IMG/VR virus record: IMGVR_UViG_3300025652_000068
Span: 1-61,159 of that record
Reading direction: 5' to 3' (one strand)
Length of the DNA: 61,159 nt
Source of the DNA: a virus
Lineage: Duplodnaviria > Caudoviricetes
Positions 35,109 to 43,863 of the stretch are shown here, piece by piece (position 1 is the stretch's first letter; every line of letters begins with the position of its first letter). The notes under the pieces are model-generated. The model did no database searches. It was not told the DNA's origin and saw only the letters and a list, made by a program, of their open reading frames with translations. The translations under genes and the position numbers were made by a program.

Positions 35109-36539
35109 ATGGAGATACAAATGCAAAAAAATTATAAGTTCAAAACAAAACCTTACAAATATCAGCTAGAAGCTTTTAATGAAGGTAAAGATCGCTTACA
35201 TTACGCTTATTTTATGGAAATGGGTACTGGTAAAACAAAAGTAACTATCGATAATTTAGCTTACTTATATCATTGTAATAAAATTAATTTTGCTTTAGTG
35301 GTAGCCCCTAATACAGTTTATCAAAATTGGAAAAGAGAATTAGACATACATTGCCCTATAAGTACATCAGTATTTACTTATAAAGTAGATAAAATCAAAA
35401 ACTTTGCGTTTGATAAAAATAAAATGAACATATTTCTTATGAATGTAGAAGCATTTAGTCATAAATCAGGCAAGACTCTTGCTAACATGCTATTAGGATC
35501 TTATGGTTCTAAAGGTTGTATGGTTATTGATGAATCTACCACTATTAAAAATAGAACAGCTATCAGAACAAAAAATATTATTGCCTTAGGTCGTAAAGCA
35601 AAATATAGAAGAATACTTACTGGTTCACCTGTAACCAAAAGTCCATTAGATTTATTTAGCCAAGCAGGCTTTTTAGGTAATGATTTATTAAAATGCTCAG
35701 ACAACTTTTATGTATTTCAATCTACATATTGTATCTTGAGAAAAATTACTAATTCTGTTGGTAGAGCTTTTAATTTAGCTGTGGGTTTTAAAGACTTAGG
35801 AAGATTAGAAAAAATAGTAAAATCTTTTTCGTTTAGGGTCAGAAAAAAAGACTGTTTAGATTTACCAGATAAAGTTTATCAAAAAAGAGTCATACCTTTA
35901 AGTCCAAAACAAAAAAAAATATACGATGACTTAAAAGAAAACGCTAGAATTATTATTGAAGATAAAAAAGTTGAATACAATACTAAAATTACAGAGATTA
36001 TAAAATTATTACAAGTTACTGCTGGTTTTATTAAAACCGAAGAAGGTGACATTGAAGAGTTTGAAAGTGCAAAAATGAAAGAATTACTAAATGTACTTGA
36101 AGAGACCGAAGGTAAAGTTATTATTTGGGCTAACTGGGTACATAGTCTTCAAATGATTATTAAAGAGCTAAAGAAAAAATATGGTGATGAAAGTGTTGTT
36201 GCTATTTATGGTGCTATACCAAGTCAAGAAAGAGAAGACGCCGTAGACAAATTTCAAAAAGATGATAAAACAAGATTTTTTATTAGCAATCCACAAACAG
36301 GTGGTTATGGTTTGACATTAACAGAAGCTAATACTGTTATATATTTTAGCAATAACTATGATCTTGAACAAAGACAACAAAGTGAAGATAGAGCACATCG
36401 TATTGGTCAAGAAAATAAAGTTTTATATATAGATTTAGTAGCAGAAAAAACAGTAGATGAATCTGTAATCAGAGCATTAAATCAAAAAATAAAACTTAGC
36501 GCTGAAACTTTAGGTGAAGATGTTTTAGCTTATATATAG
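35109..36539 (+). CDS. SNF2-family (SF2) helicase
   Basis: MGTGKT, DEST, LTGSP, GYGLTL and QSEDRAHRIGQ motifs. Confidence 0.9.
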   Translation: MEIQMQKNYKFKTKPYKYQLEAFNEGKDRLHYAYFMEMGTGKTKVTIDNLAYLYHCNKINFALVVAPNTVYQNWKRELDIHCPISTSVFTYKVDKIKNFAFDKNKMNIFLMNVEAFSHKSGKTLANMLLGSYGSKGCMVIDESTTIKNRTAIRTKNIIALGRKAKYRRILTGSPVTKSPLDLFSQAGFLGNDLLKCSDNFYVFQSTYCILRKITNSVGRAFNLAVGFKDLGRLEKIVKSFSFRVRKKDCLDLPDKVYQKRVIPLSPKQKKIYDDLKENARIIIEDKKVEYNTKITEIIKLLQVTAGFIKTEEGDIEEFESAKMKELLNVLEETEGKVIIWANWVHSLQMIIKELKKKYGDESVVAIYGAIPSQEREDAVDKFQKDDKTRFFISNPQTGGYGLTLTEANTVIYFSNNYDLEQRQQSEDRAHRIGQENKVLYIDLVAEKTVDESVIRALNQKIKLSAETLGEDVLAYI

Positions 36540-36625
36540 CAAAATTTGGGGGTTACCAATGGGTCAGGTAGTCTTTTAAAACGCCTATATGAGCCTCTCA
36601 GGAGCTCGTTTTTTTAGCAAAATAC

Positions 36626-37357
36626 TTAAAAATTAGTCATTTTGTGGAATTTATCAACTCTTTCTAGCCAGCGCTCTTCATATTCATTTAACTTATTTTT
36701 ATCCATAATAAATTCTTGGAAAAGTAAATCTTTAGTACAAACAAGAATAACTCCTTGTTCAATATCACCATATTGTTTTTTGTGAGCTAAACTATAAGCT
36801 GCAATTTGATAATAATAATCTTCAATCCATTCTTCTCTTTTTGGTTTATTAGATTGTTTAAAATCACCTATGGTAGGTTTATCTTTGTAATTACATACTA
36901 AATCTGTAGAGCCTGCCCAACGATCATCATAGGCTAAATTTATTTCTGTGCCATAAACCTCAGATAAATCGTTTAAGTTTTTAACAATCGTGTGTGCCAT
37001 CATTCTTGGTAAATGACCGTCTTTTCTTAAATTAAAATAACCTACACCATTCATGTATTGTTCTAACACATAGTGCATTTCTGTGCCACGAGTAGCAGCT
37101 TGGTTCGTGATCCGTGCAGCTTCTTCATGTCCTACACGATTCCTCCAGGCTTCTAATGATTTTTTTTTATCTTCAGATTGAGTGCCGGATAAAATTGTGG
37201 TCACACTAGGAACTTTTTTGTCTTGAACATTATAGGTTCGTGGTCCGTCGTTATCGTTACGGGTATAGTTTTTATAATCGTATGGGTAAGTTCTTTTGAA
37301 ACCGGTAACTGTAAAACTATTTTGATTTTTTATTAGTTTCATCTCGCACTCTGTCAT
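36626..37357 (-). CDS. PD-(D/E)XK exonuclease
   Basis: PSVTTIL, RGT.MH, AGSTD, DFKQS and QIAAY motifs. Confidence 0.85.
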   Translation of the reverse strand: MTECEMKLIKNQNSFTVTGFKRTYPYDYKNYTRNDNDGPRTYNVQDKKVPSVTTILSGTQSEDKKKSLEAWRNRVGHEEAARITNQAATRGTEMHYVLEQYMNGVGYFNLRKDGHLPRMMAHTIVKNLNDLSEVYGTEINLAYDDRWAGSTDLVCNYKDKPTIGDFKQSNKPKREEWIEDYYYQIAAYSLAHKKQYGDIEQGVILVCTKDLLFQEFIMDKNKLNEYEERWLERVDKFHKMTNF

Positions 37358-38081
37358 TATATTCTATTACTTCTTTTATTATGCTTAAATCTAAACCATA
37401 ATACAAAGCAGAGTGTGTTATTGCTTTAGCATCTTTAGGTAAGCAGTGTCCATCAAAACCACGTTCTTTTGTTACTTGACTGTGGCTTTGCCCTATTCTA
37501 CGATCTAAAATTATACCCTTTCTTACATGATTAAAATCAATACCAGACACGTTACAAAAATCATATACTTGATTAAAAAATGCAACTTTTGTGGCTAGGT
37601 AAGCGTTTTTAAAATATTTAATTGCTATAAGTTCTCTTGGATCCGCTTCAATAATATGTGGACAGCTAGGAAAAATTTTCTTAAATAAATTCACCCAGAA
37701 AGTTGTTTCTTTGCCTCCTATCATTATGTATTCTTGTTGACGAAGATCTTCTAAAGATTTTTCAGCTCTCAAAAATTCTGGAGAAAAACAAATGTTTTTA
37801 TCAAATCTTGATTGTATATAATTCCAGCCTTCTAAAGATATAGTGCTTTTAATTAGAATAGGTACATCAGGACAATCTTGTAATACTTCTTTAATATGTA
37901 TTATATTACATGCGCCTTCTATACCGCTTGGTGTAGGTACACATACAATAACAGCGTCGACATCTTGACTAATTTTTCTGTCGTAATGTTTTGGATCTAT
38001 TATCTCTGTCTCGTGATAATTTTGTAAAATGGCAGCATAGGCTCTGCCTACGAAACCATAACCAGCAATGGCTATTCTCAT
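37317..38081 (-). CDS. UDP-glucose/GDP-mannose dehydrogenase-like protein (no C-terminal domain)
   Basis: GYGFVG Rossmann motif, CVPTP, IKST, SPEFL, K...N.YLA.K and G.CLPKD catalytic Cys. Confidence 0.8.
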   Translation of the reverse strand: MRIAIAGYGFVGRAYAAILQNYHETEIIDPKHYDRKISQDVDAVIVCVPTPSGIEGACNIIHIKEVLQDCPDVPILIKSTISLEGWNYIQSRFDKNICFSPEFLRAEKSLEDLRQQEYIMIGGKETTFWVNLFKKIFPSCPHIIEADPRELIAIKYFKNAYLATKVAFFNQVYDFCNVSGIDFNHVRKGIILDRRIGQSHSQVTKERGFDGHCLPKDAKAITHSALYYGLDLSIIKEVIEYNDRVRDETNKKSK

Positions 38082-38437
38082 TATTGTCCTAAAGGATTAC
38101 CCTTGTTATTTAAAATATCATAAATTTTAGCCATTTCATTTTCCATCCAACCCGCTAACTTATCTTCCACATCTTTCATTTCAGTATCTAATTTGTCCAT
38201 ACCTGTATAAACTTCTTTAATAGAATCATTATTAAATTGTACTCGTTCTTCTACGGTAACTAGCCTTTCTTGTAATATCGAAGTATCAGTTTCTTTGAAG
38301 TTACTTACCGCTTCTTCGGTATGTTGGACTCTGGTAGCGAGATTGGACACCCAATAGACTGTCGAACCTATCGGGACTATCGCCCCCAAAACTAGACTCA
38401 AAAGTAAACCCGACGAGATCGTAAGCGTTTTGTCCAT
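38081..38437 (-). CDS. Membrane-anchored coiled-coil protein
   Basis: N-terminal TM, heptad repeats, ends NPLG. Confidence 0.55.
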   Translation of the reverse strand: MDKTLTISSGLLLSLVLGAIVPIGSTVYWVSNLATRVQHTEEAVSNFKETDTSILQERLVTVEERVQFNNDSIKEVYTGMDKLDTEMKDVEDKLAGWMENEMAKIYDILNNKGNPLGQ

Positions 38438-39929
38438 AAATCATCTCCTGTTGTATTGACAATGTTTCAGTTATTTTAATCGTATCTTGCAAAACTTGCA
38501 AATAAGCGTTTGGTAATATTATTTGGCCTAATGTTTCTACACTTACAGTATTTTTTTGATTTTTTTGTTTAGATTTTTGTACCACTGTTTTACTCTTTGT
38601 TGTAGAGTTTTGTTTTTCAACGGTGGTTTTTTTAGAGTCATTTTTTTTACTTTTTTTATCGTCTTTAGGTTTATCTTTTTTAACGACTTTACTTTCGTTG
38701 ACTTCTTTAGAACTGGATTCTTGTACGTCTGATTCTGATAGTTCGCTTTTTTCATCATTTCCATCATTTGATGCTGTCTCTTCTGGCTCATTATTATTCT
38801 CCTCATCGCTTATTTCAGCAAGATCTTCTTCCATATTAATTTCTTTTAATTCTTCAGGTTGCTCTAACTCCATTTCTGCATCAACCTCAACCTCAACAAC
38901 CTCAGGCAACTCTATTTCGACTATTTCTTGAATCTCTTCAACTTCATTTATTGGAGCTAAATTTTCAACATTAGATACAGAAATACTTGTAATAGGTGCA
39001 ACGCTAATTTCAATTTGTTGTGGTATTTTAGTTTCAATTGAAGGCACATCAGGGTCAGTAGCCATGTCAATATTTATATCAGGAACTGTCATTTCAATAG
39101 GTGTTATTTCAGCTATAGGTTGATCTAAAATTATATCGTTGGTAATTGACATATCCAAACTAATGCCCTCAATAAGTGTCTCTTCAATAACCACAATAGG
39201 TTCTATTACAGACTCAACAATAGGTTCTATTACAGGCTCAACTATAGGTTCAACTATAGGTTCAATTACGACAAGCTCAACTATAGGTTTAACTACTAAA
39301 GGCTCAACTATTGGCTCAATTACTACAGGAGCTACATATTGTTCTGTAGTTAAAGTTAAACTTAAATTATCAATAATAGGACCGTACCAATTACTAGAGT
39401 TGCCAGTATCATTACCTGTAATCGTTAAATTTAATGACGCATCGTCCGTGTTAAAATCACCTATTACATCTTTAGTAAAAGAATAACTCTCCCATCCATC
39501 TTCGTATGGCACAGCTACGGTTTCTGATAATACCTCTGATGTTGATTCAGTCGACAAGGTAATGGTTGACACCACTGTATCATCAGCTCCAGCATTACAC
39601 CATTGACTGCCACTATTACCACAGCCTATAGAATCAAAATTCATATTAATTTCTTTTATTAAATGATTTTCAGACACGCCTGATATGTCTACATCTTGAC
39701 TAATACTACCGCCTTGATATCTAAACCTCACACTCTTAGATGCAGAATCAGAATAAGTCGCAGGGTCTCTTTTAACCTTATCTTGGTTATTATCTGAAAG
39801 TTCCCAACCACTAGTATCAGTGGTAAAATCTGGGTTATTGAGTAGGTTGCCCGTAGTTGTTTGGTCGGCGTGACTTACTAATATTGATGTGCATGACACC
39901 AGGAGTGCCCACAAGATTATTGTCTTCAT
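38301..39929 (-). CDS. Secreted or lipoprotein-like protein with beta domain, Pro-rich repeats and acidic/basic tail
   Basis: Signal peptide (LVSC lipobox-like), NLL.NPDF...W and GPIID, then VIEPIVEP repeats. Confidence 0.6.
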   Translation of the reverse strand: MKTIILWALLVSCTSILVSHADQTTTGNLLNNPDFTTDTSGWELSDNNQDKVKRDPATYSDSASKSVRFRYQGGSISQDVDISGVSENHLIKEINMNFDSIGCGNSGSQWCNAGADDTVVSTITLSTESTSEVLSETVAVPYEDGWESYSFTKDVIGDFNTDDASLNLTITGNDTGNSSNWYGPIIDNLSLTLTTEQYVAPVVIEPIVEPLVVKPIVELVVIEPIVEPIVEPVIEPIVESVIEPIVVIEETLIEGISLDMSITNDIILDQPIAEITPIEMTVPDINIDMATDPDVPSIETKIPQQIEISVAPITSISVSNVENLAPINEVEEIQEIVEIELPEVVEVEVDAEMELEQPEELKEINMEEDLAEISDEENNNEPEETASNDGNDEKSELSESDVQESSSKEVNESKVVKKDKPKDDKKSKKNDSKKTTVEKQNSTTKSKTVVQKSKQKNQKNTVSVETLGQIILPNAYLQVLQDTIKITETLSIQQEMIYGQNAYDLVGFTFESSFGGDSPDRFDSLLGVQSRYQSPTYRRSGK

Positions 39930-40359
39930 CTAATACTACCATTCCTCTTTCGATGTATAATTTTTTTGCTTCATCTCCTATCTTACCATCTATAGGACAC
40001 GGAGAGTTTGAGTCCCACATGGCCTGCCAGACTCGTGGGTCTTGGCACAAAATACTGGTCGCACTCACACGTAATCCAATCTGCGCAAGAGCCCTTGAAA
40101 GCTTGATGCGCTCACACGTCTTATCAACGACATGAATACCAGCTGATGCGTTAAATAAACCAGTACCAATTGCACCTGATCTTACCACCACACATACGTC
40201 AGAACCACCACCAATTGAAATAGAAGGTGAGATAGCTGTTGCTGGAGGCTGGTCTTTATAATATATATTTGAGTCCGCAGCTTGTAAATTTGTATGCAGA
40301 CTAAATAAAAACATGATCATTAATAAGTGTATGAATATTGTTTCTGTCCAGTCTTTCAT
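39835..40359 (-). CDS. Secreted Cys-containing protein
   Basis: Signal peptide; C...CERIK...LCQD...CP motif. Confidence 0.6.
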   Translation of the reverse strand: MKDWTETIFIHLLMIMFLFSLHTNLQAADSNIYYKDQPPATAISPSISIGGGSDVCVVVRSGAIGTGLFNASAGIHVVDKTCERIKLSRALAQIGLRVSATSILCQDPRVWQAMWDSNSPCPIDGKIGDEAKKLYIERGMVVLDEDNNLVGTPGVMHINISKSRRPNNYGQPTQ

Positions 40360-40583
40360 TTTATTTTCTCTAAAATTGTATCAAGTTTATTAGAGTTTTT
40401 ATTTACTTGATCCTTAATGTATTTAACCTCTACTTCCATTACCTGAACTTTATCTACTTTAGCTTTAATCAATTCTTGTTCTTTTTTTAAATCATTTATT
40501 GTTGCGGTAGATGTGCCCCAGGCTATACCTATTAAAACAAAAGGTGAAATAATGTATATAATGTTTTTAGGTTCAATGTTCAT
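40356..40583 (-). CDS. Small TM plus coiled-coil protein
   Basis: N-terminal hydrophobic helix, heptads. Confidence 0.55.
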   Translation of the reverse strand: MNIEPKNIIYIISPFVLIGIAWGTSTATINDLKKEQELIKAKVDKVQVMEVEVKYIKDQVNKNSNKLDTILEKIK

Positions 40584-43500
40584 TTAAGTCTGCCTGTTTC
40601 GTAATTCGTTTCTTTTAGCTATCATTTCCCCAAGTGGATCGTTTGGAAAGATACTTTGATAATTTAAAGTAGGTATTTCTGGTGGTTTTGCTTGAGTTTG
40701 AGCTTGAGGTACTACTGCCTGTGGCTCGTTACTTCCAATTTGTACTGGATTAGCTTCAGGCGCTTCGGCTATTTGTTCTGGAATGACTTCACCATTTTCT
40801 TTTGCGGCATTAACTTCTTGTTGTTCTAATAAAGTTCTATTAGCGTACGTTCTTTCTACACCGTCTTTAATACCCTGATGTAAACCTGCTAAATTGTTTT
40901 TTTCTTCAATAGGTGCTTTTTCAAAAGCAGTTGTTTTTGGCATAAAACTTTCTTTATACTTTGAATTTATGTCAGACGGTTTTACATTATCAGTGTTTGG
41001 CACAATCATTTTACCGCTGGTTAAGTAATTTATAACCATCTCTTCGGTTACATCAGGCACATACTTTCCTTCAAATGCAGTAGGATCATCGTTTGATATT
41101 TGATTTACTAAACTAATTAAAGCTTGTCGTTTTTTAGGTGTGGTCATACCAAAAGTTATTCCAAAAGGAATATTCATTTTATTTTTGTTAGCTATTGCTG
41201 CTGCTTTTTGAGCGGGTGTCAAGACCTCTAATAAACTATTAGCAACTTTTGGGCTCATAACGGCTCTACCAATAAGTACTCCGCTAAATAAAAGACCCGC
41301 TGCAACAGGTAAACTCATAGCTCCAAAACCACCAGCTAACATACCGCCACCAGTAATAGCAGTTATACCACCTAATTGTAATCTTCTTTGTAAGAAGGTA
41401 CTGATATCACCGTAAGAGGCTTCACCTTTGGCTTGTAAGACTCTCATAACACCATCAAAATCTTTATAATGTGCTCTACCTTTTGCGCCACCTCCAAACA
41501 ATTCAATAAATCTGTCTTTTGCACCAGGTTTACTAAAACCTAACGCATCATCAAAAGCTTGATAATTAAAAACACCAGTTCTAGCAGCTGAAGCATCTTT
41601 TATCATTAAGTTTTCCGCAGCTTCTCCACCCGCTTGATCAAAAGCCTGTCCTACTTTTAAGGCTCTTTTTTGTGTTGGTCCAAAAGCTGAAGTTCCTGGA
41701 ACAGTGGGTAAATGTTTATCTATGAAATCGTTATCATAGACTTTTTTAATCATTTTATCTCTGTTTTCTTCTGTAATTTGATTTATCGTTAGCTTTGATT
41801 TTAAAACACTAAACTTGTCTCTGTTTACTCTTTCAAAAGAATTTATAAAAGCATCAGTGACTGCTCTACCAGTAAACCTTTTAAATAAAGTATCGGACTC
41901 TCCTGCGACTTCTTTAGCCCCTTCTTTTAAACCAGCAGCGGTAAATTTTTGACCCGCTTTTTCCCTAACAGATTTTCCCGCTAAATCTTTAAACCCTGTC
42001 TTAATAAATTTTTGCCCTTGTGCTAATTTATCATCTAAACCTAATAAAAATTTAAACTCTAATACTTCTTCCACAGAACCATTTTTAACAACTCTATTAG
42101 AGATGTCTCCAAACATTTTACTTAAAACTTGAGACTCGTCTCCAATAAGACCAGCGAGAGAATTTAAACTTAAAAGTTCACTATCGTACATTCTTAATGC
42201 AGTTTTTAATCCTGACACGCCTTCTAAATTTCCAATAACATCTGCAAAAAATTTGTTAGCTTTTGCTAAATCTCCACCAAATTCTGTCAACTGTGTTTGA
42301 GTTTTTTCTAAAAACTTTTGAGCAGCAGCATCACCGTCCGCTTGTTTTATCGCTAAAAAATCATCATTTAGTTTTTTATTTTTAGTCATAAATTCTTGTG
42401 AATAGTTTTTGTTTGCTACTCTTCCAAAATCTTCTTCCATGGCTTTTCTTAAAGCAGGTAAATATGCTACTAATTTATTATTTTTACTAAGTTGAGCCGA
42501 CAAACCAATTATTCCATGTAAATCTTCTTGAAAACCTAAGTATTGTCTAGGTGTTAAATACGATTGTTCTTTTTGGTATCTTCCAAGTTCGTCTAATTGA
42601 TTTAATAATCCTACAATAGGATCATCAGAATCAACTTTTTTTACACCCGGCAGGCTCATTGATTGTCTTTTATCTAAAATATCTTTAACTACTTTTTTTA
42701 CACTATTTGTAGGTATTATAGCTGGGTTACCCAGCATGTCGCTTTTTCTAAGTAATTGTTCATAGTTAGCATTTATAGTGTTTCTAAATAACCCGTGATT
42801 TTTTTTAACAGTTGCGTAAATTTCACTTCCAAAGAGATGAGTATGAAATATTGGCCCAAAATCTCTTGTTAAATTTTTAAAAACTTGTTCTGTCATAGCT
42901 GTTGCTTGTATGGCACGTTGTTTAGCAATAGAAGAACTTATAATAGGTATTTGCCCTATGACTTTTGGGTAACTGTTTGTTAATTTAGCAAAAGCATCGT
43001 TTTTATTACCTGTTAATTCAACAGCGTTTAAAGGTAGACCTCTTTCATTGGCTTCTTTAGCTGCTGCCTTTGTCTCTGCTCCTCTTAACCCAAAAACAGT
43101 TCGTCCTGTAGCTTTTAACATTTTACCCACAATTGGACTTATGGCAGTGCCTGCTGTATTCCATATTAACGCATTGGTCATTTCTGCTAATACAGCTGTC
43201 TGGCCTCTTTCTAAAGGGCTCATTTTATCAATTTCTCTATCAGATATGTCACCTAAGTCATATAAAACATTTGATGCTAAACCTTTTGTATACTGCTCGT
43301 ATTCGTATACTGCGGCACCACCACCAGCTCCTAATGAACTAGCGCCTATTGCTTTTGCTTCAGTCCTACCACCTTGGCTAATGGCAAACCTTCTTACCTT
43401 GTCTGCGTTTGTTGAAAAAAAATCAGAGGTGTTTTTAAATAATTTTCTTAATGGTTTTAATCTTTTACCAAGAGTTTTTTCAGTAATGTTACTTAAAACC

Positions 43501-43862
43501 CTACCAAATTTAGATTGTGAGACTTTAAAATTATCCGCTTCTTTTGCGTTTTTTGCTGCTGCAATTAACTTATTTCTATCCGTTGTATAAACTGTTGCGG
43601 TTCCTAATAAATCACCTGCAATTACATAACCAAAATTTGATGAACCACTTGGGTTTCTTTTTTGTTCAGCAGCTGTAATAATTTCTTCTTGTGCTGTTTC
43701 TCTTTCTTGAGCAATACCCATAACATTATCATAGCCTTTAAGCTTGCCACTTCTAAAATATGAGTCCAGCACATCAACCTGTTGTTTATTTAATGTATTA
43801 GGGTTTAACTCTTTATTGTCTAATAATTTTTGTATTCTTACTAATTCTTGTTGTTCACTCAT
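40584..43862 (-). CDS. Large internal virion (ejection) protein
   Basis: ~1090 aa helical protein with hydrophobic Gly-rich segments, terminal Y..IFPND motif; last of the internal-protein cluster. Confidence 0.65.
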   Translation of the reverse strand: MSEQQELVRIQKLLDNKELNPNTLNKQQVDVLDSYFRSGKLKGYDNVMGIAQERETAQEEIITAAEQKRNPSGSSNFGYVIAGDLLGTATVYTTDRNKLIAAAKNAKEADNFKVSQSKFGRVLSNITEKTLGKRLKPLRKLFKNTSDFFSTNADKVRRFAISQGGRTEAKAIGASSLGAGGGAAVYEYEQYTKGLASNVLYDLGDISDREIDKMSPLERGQTAVLAEMTNALIWNTAGTAISPIVGKMLKATGRTVFGLRGAETKAAAKEANERGLPLNAVELTGNKNDAFAKLTNSYPKVIGQIPIISSSIAKQRAIQATAMTEQVFKNLTRDFGPIFHTHLFGSEIYATVKKNHGLFRNTINANYEQLLRKSDMLGNPAIIPTNSVKKVVKDILDKRQSMSLPGVKKVDSDDPIVGLLNQLDELGRYQKEQSYLTPRQYLGFQEDLHGIIGLSAQLSKNNKLVAYLPALRKAMEEDFGRVANKNYSQEFMTKNKKLNDDFLAIKQADGDAAAQKFLEKTQTQLTEFGGDLAKANKFFADVIGNLEGVSGLKTALRMYDSELLSLNSLAGLIGDESQVLSKMFGDISNRVVKNGSVEEVLEFKFLLGLDDKLAQGQKFIKTGFKDLAGKSVREKAGQKFTAAGLKEGAKEVAGESDTLFKRFTGRAVTDAFINSFERVNRDKFSVLKSKLTINQITEENRDKMIKKVYDNDFIDKHLPTVPGTSAFGPTQKRALKVGQAFDQAGGEAAENLMIKDASAARTGVFNYQAFDDALGFSKPGAKDRFIELFGGGAKGRAHYKDFDGVMRVLQAKGEASYGDISTFLQRRLQLGGITAITGGGMLAGGFGAMSLPVAAGLLFSGVLIGRAVMSPKVANSLLEVLTPAQKAAAIANKNKMNIPFGITFGMTTPKKRQALISLVNQISNDDPTAFEGKYVPDVTEEMVINYLTSGKMIVPNTDNVKPSDINSKYKESFMPKTTAFEKAPIEEKNNLAGLHQGIKDGVERTYANRTLLEQQEVNAAKENGEVIPEQIAEAPEANPVQIGSNEPQAVVPQAQTQAKPPEIPTLNYQSIFPNDPLGEMIAKRNELRNRQT

Positions 43863-43863
43863 A

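Noticed and set aside
38543-38806. Nested minus-strand 87-aa ORF as an overprinted spanin
   Set aside because: No signal peptide or lipobox; explained by the low-complexity A-rich host frame.
43048-43590. Many plus-strand ORFs antisense to structural genes (for example 5291..5728, 13445..13843, 43048..43590, 52382..52741)
   Set aside because: Shadow frames of well-supported minus-strand genes, with no motifs or SD support.
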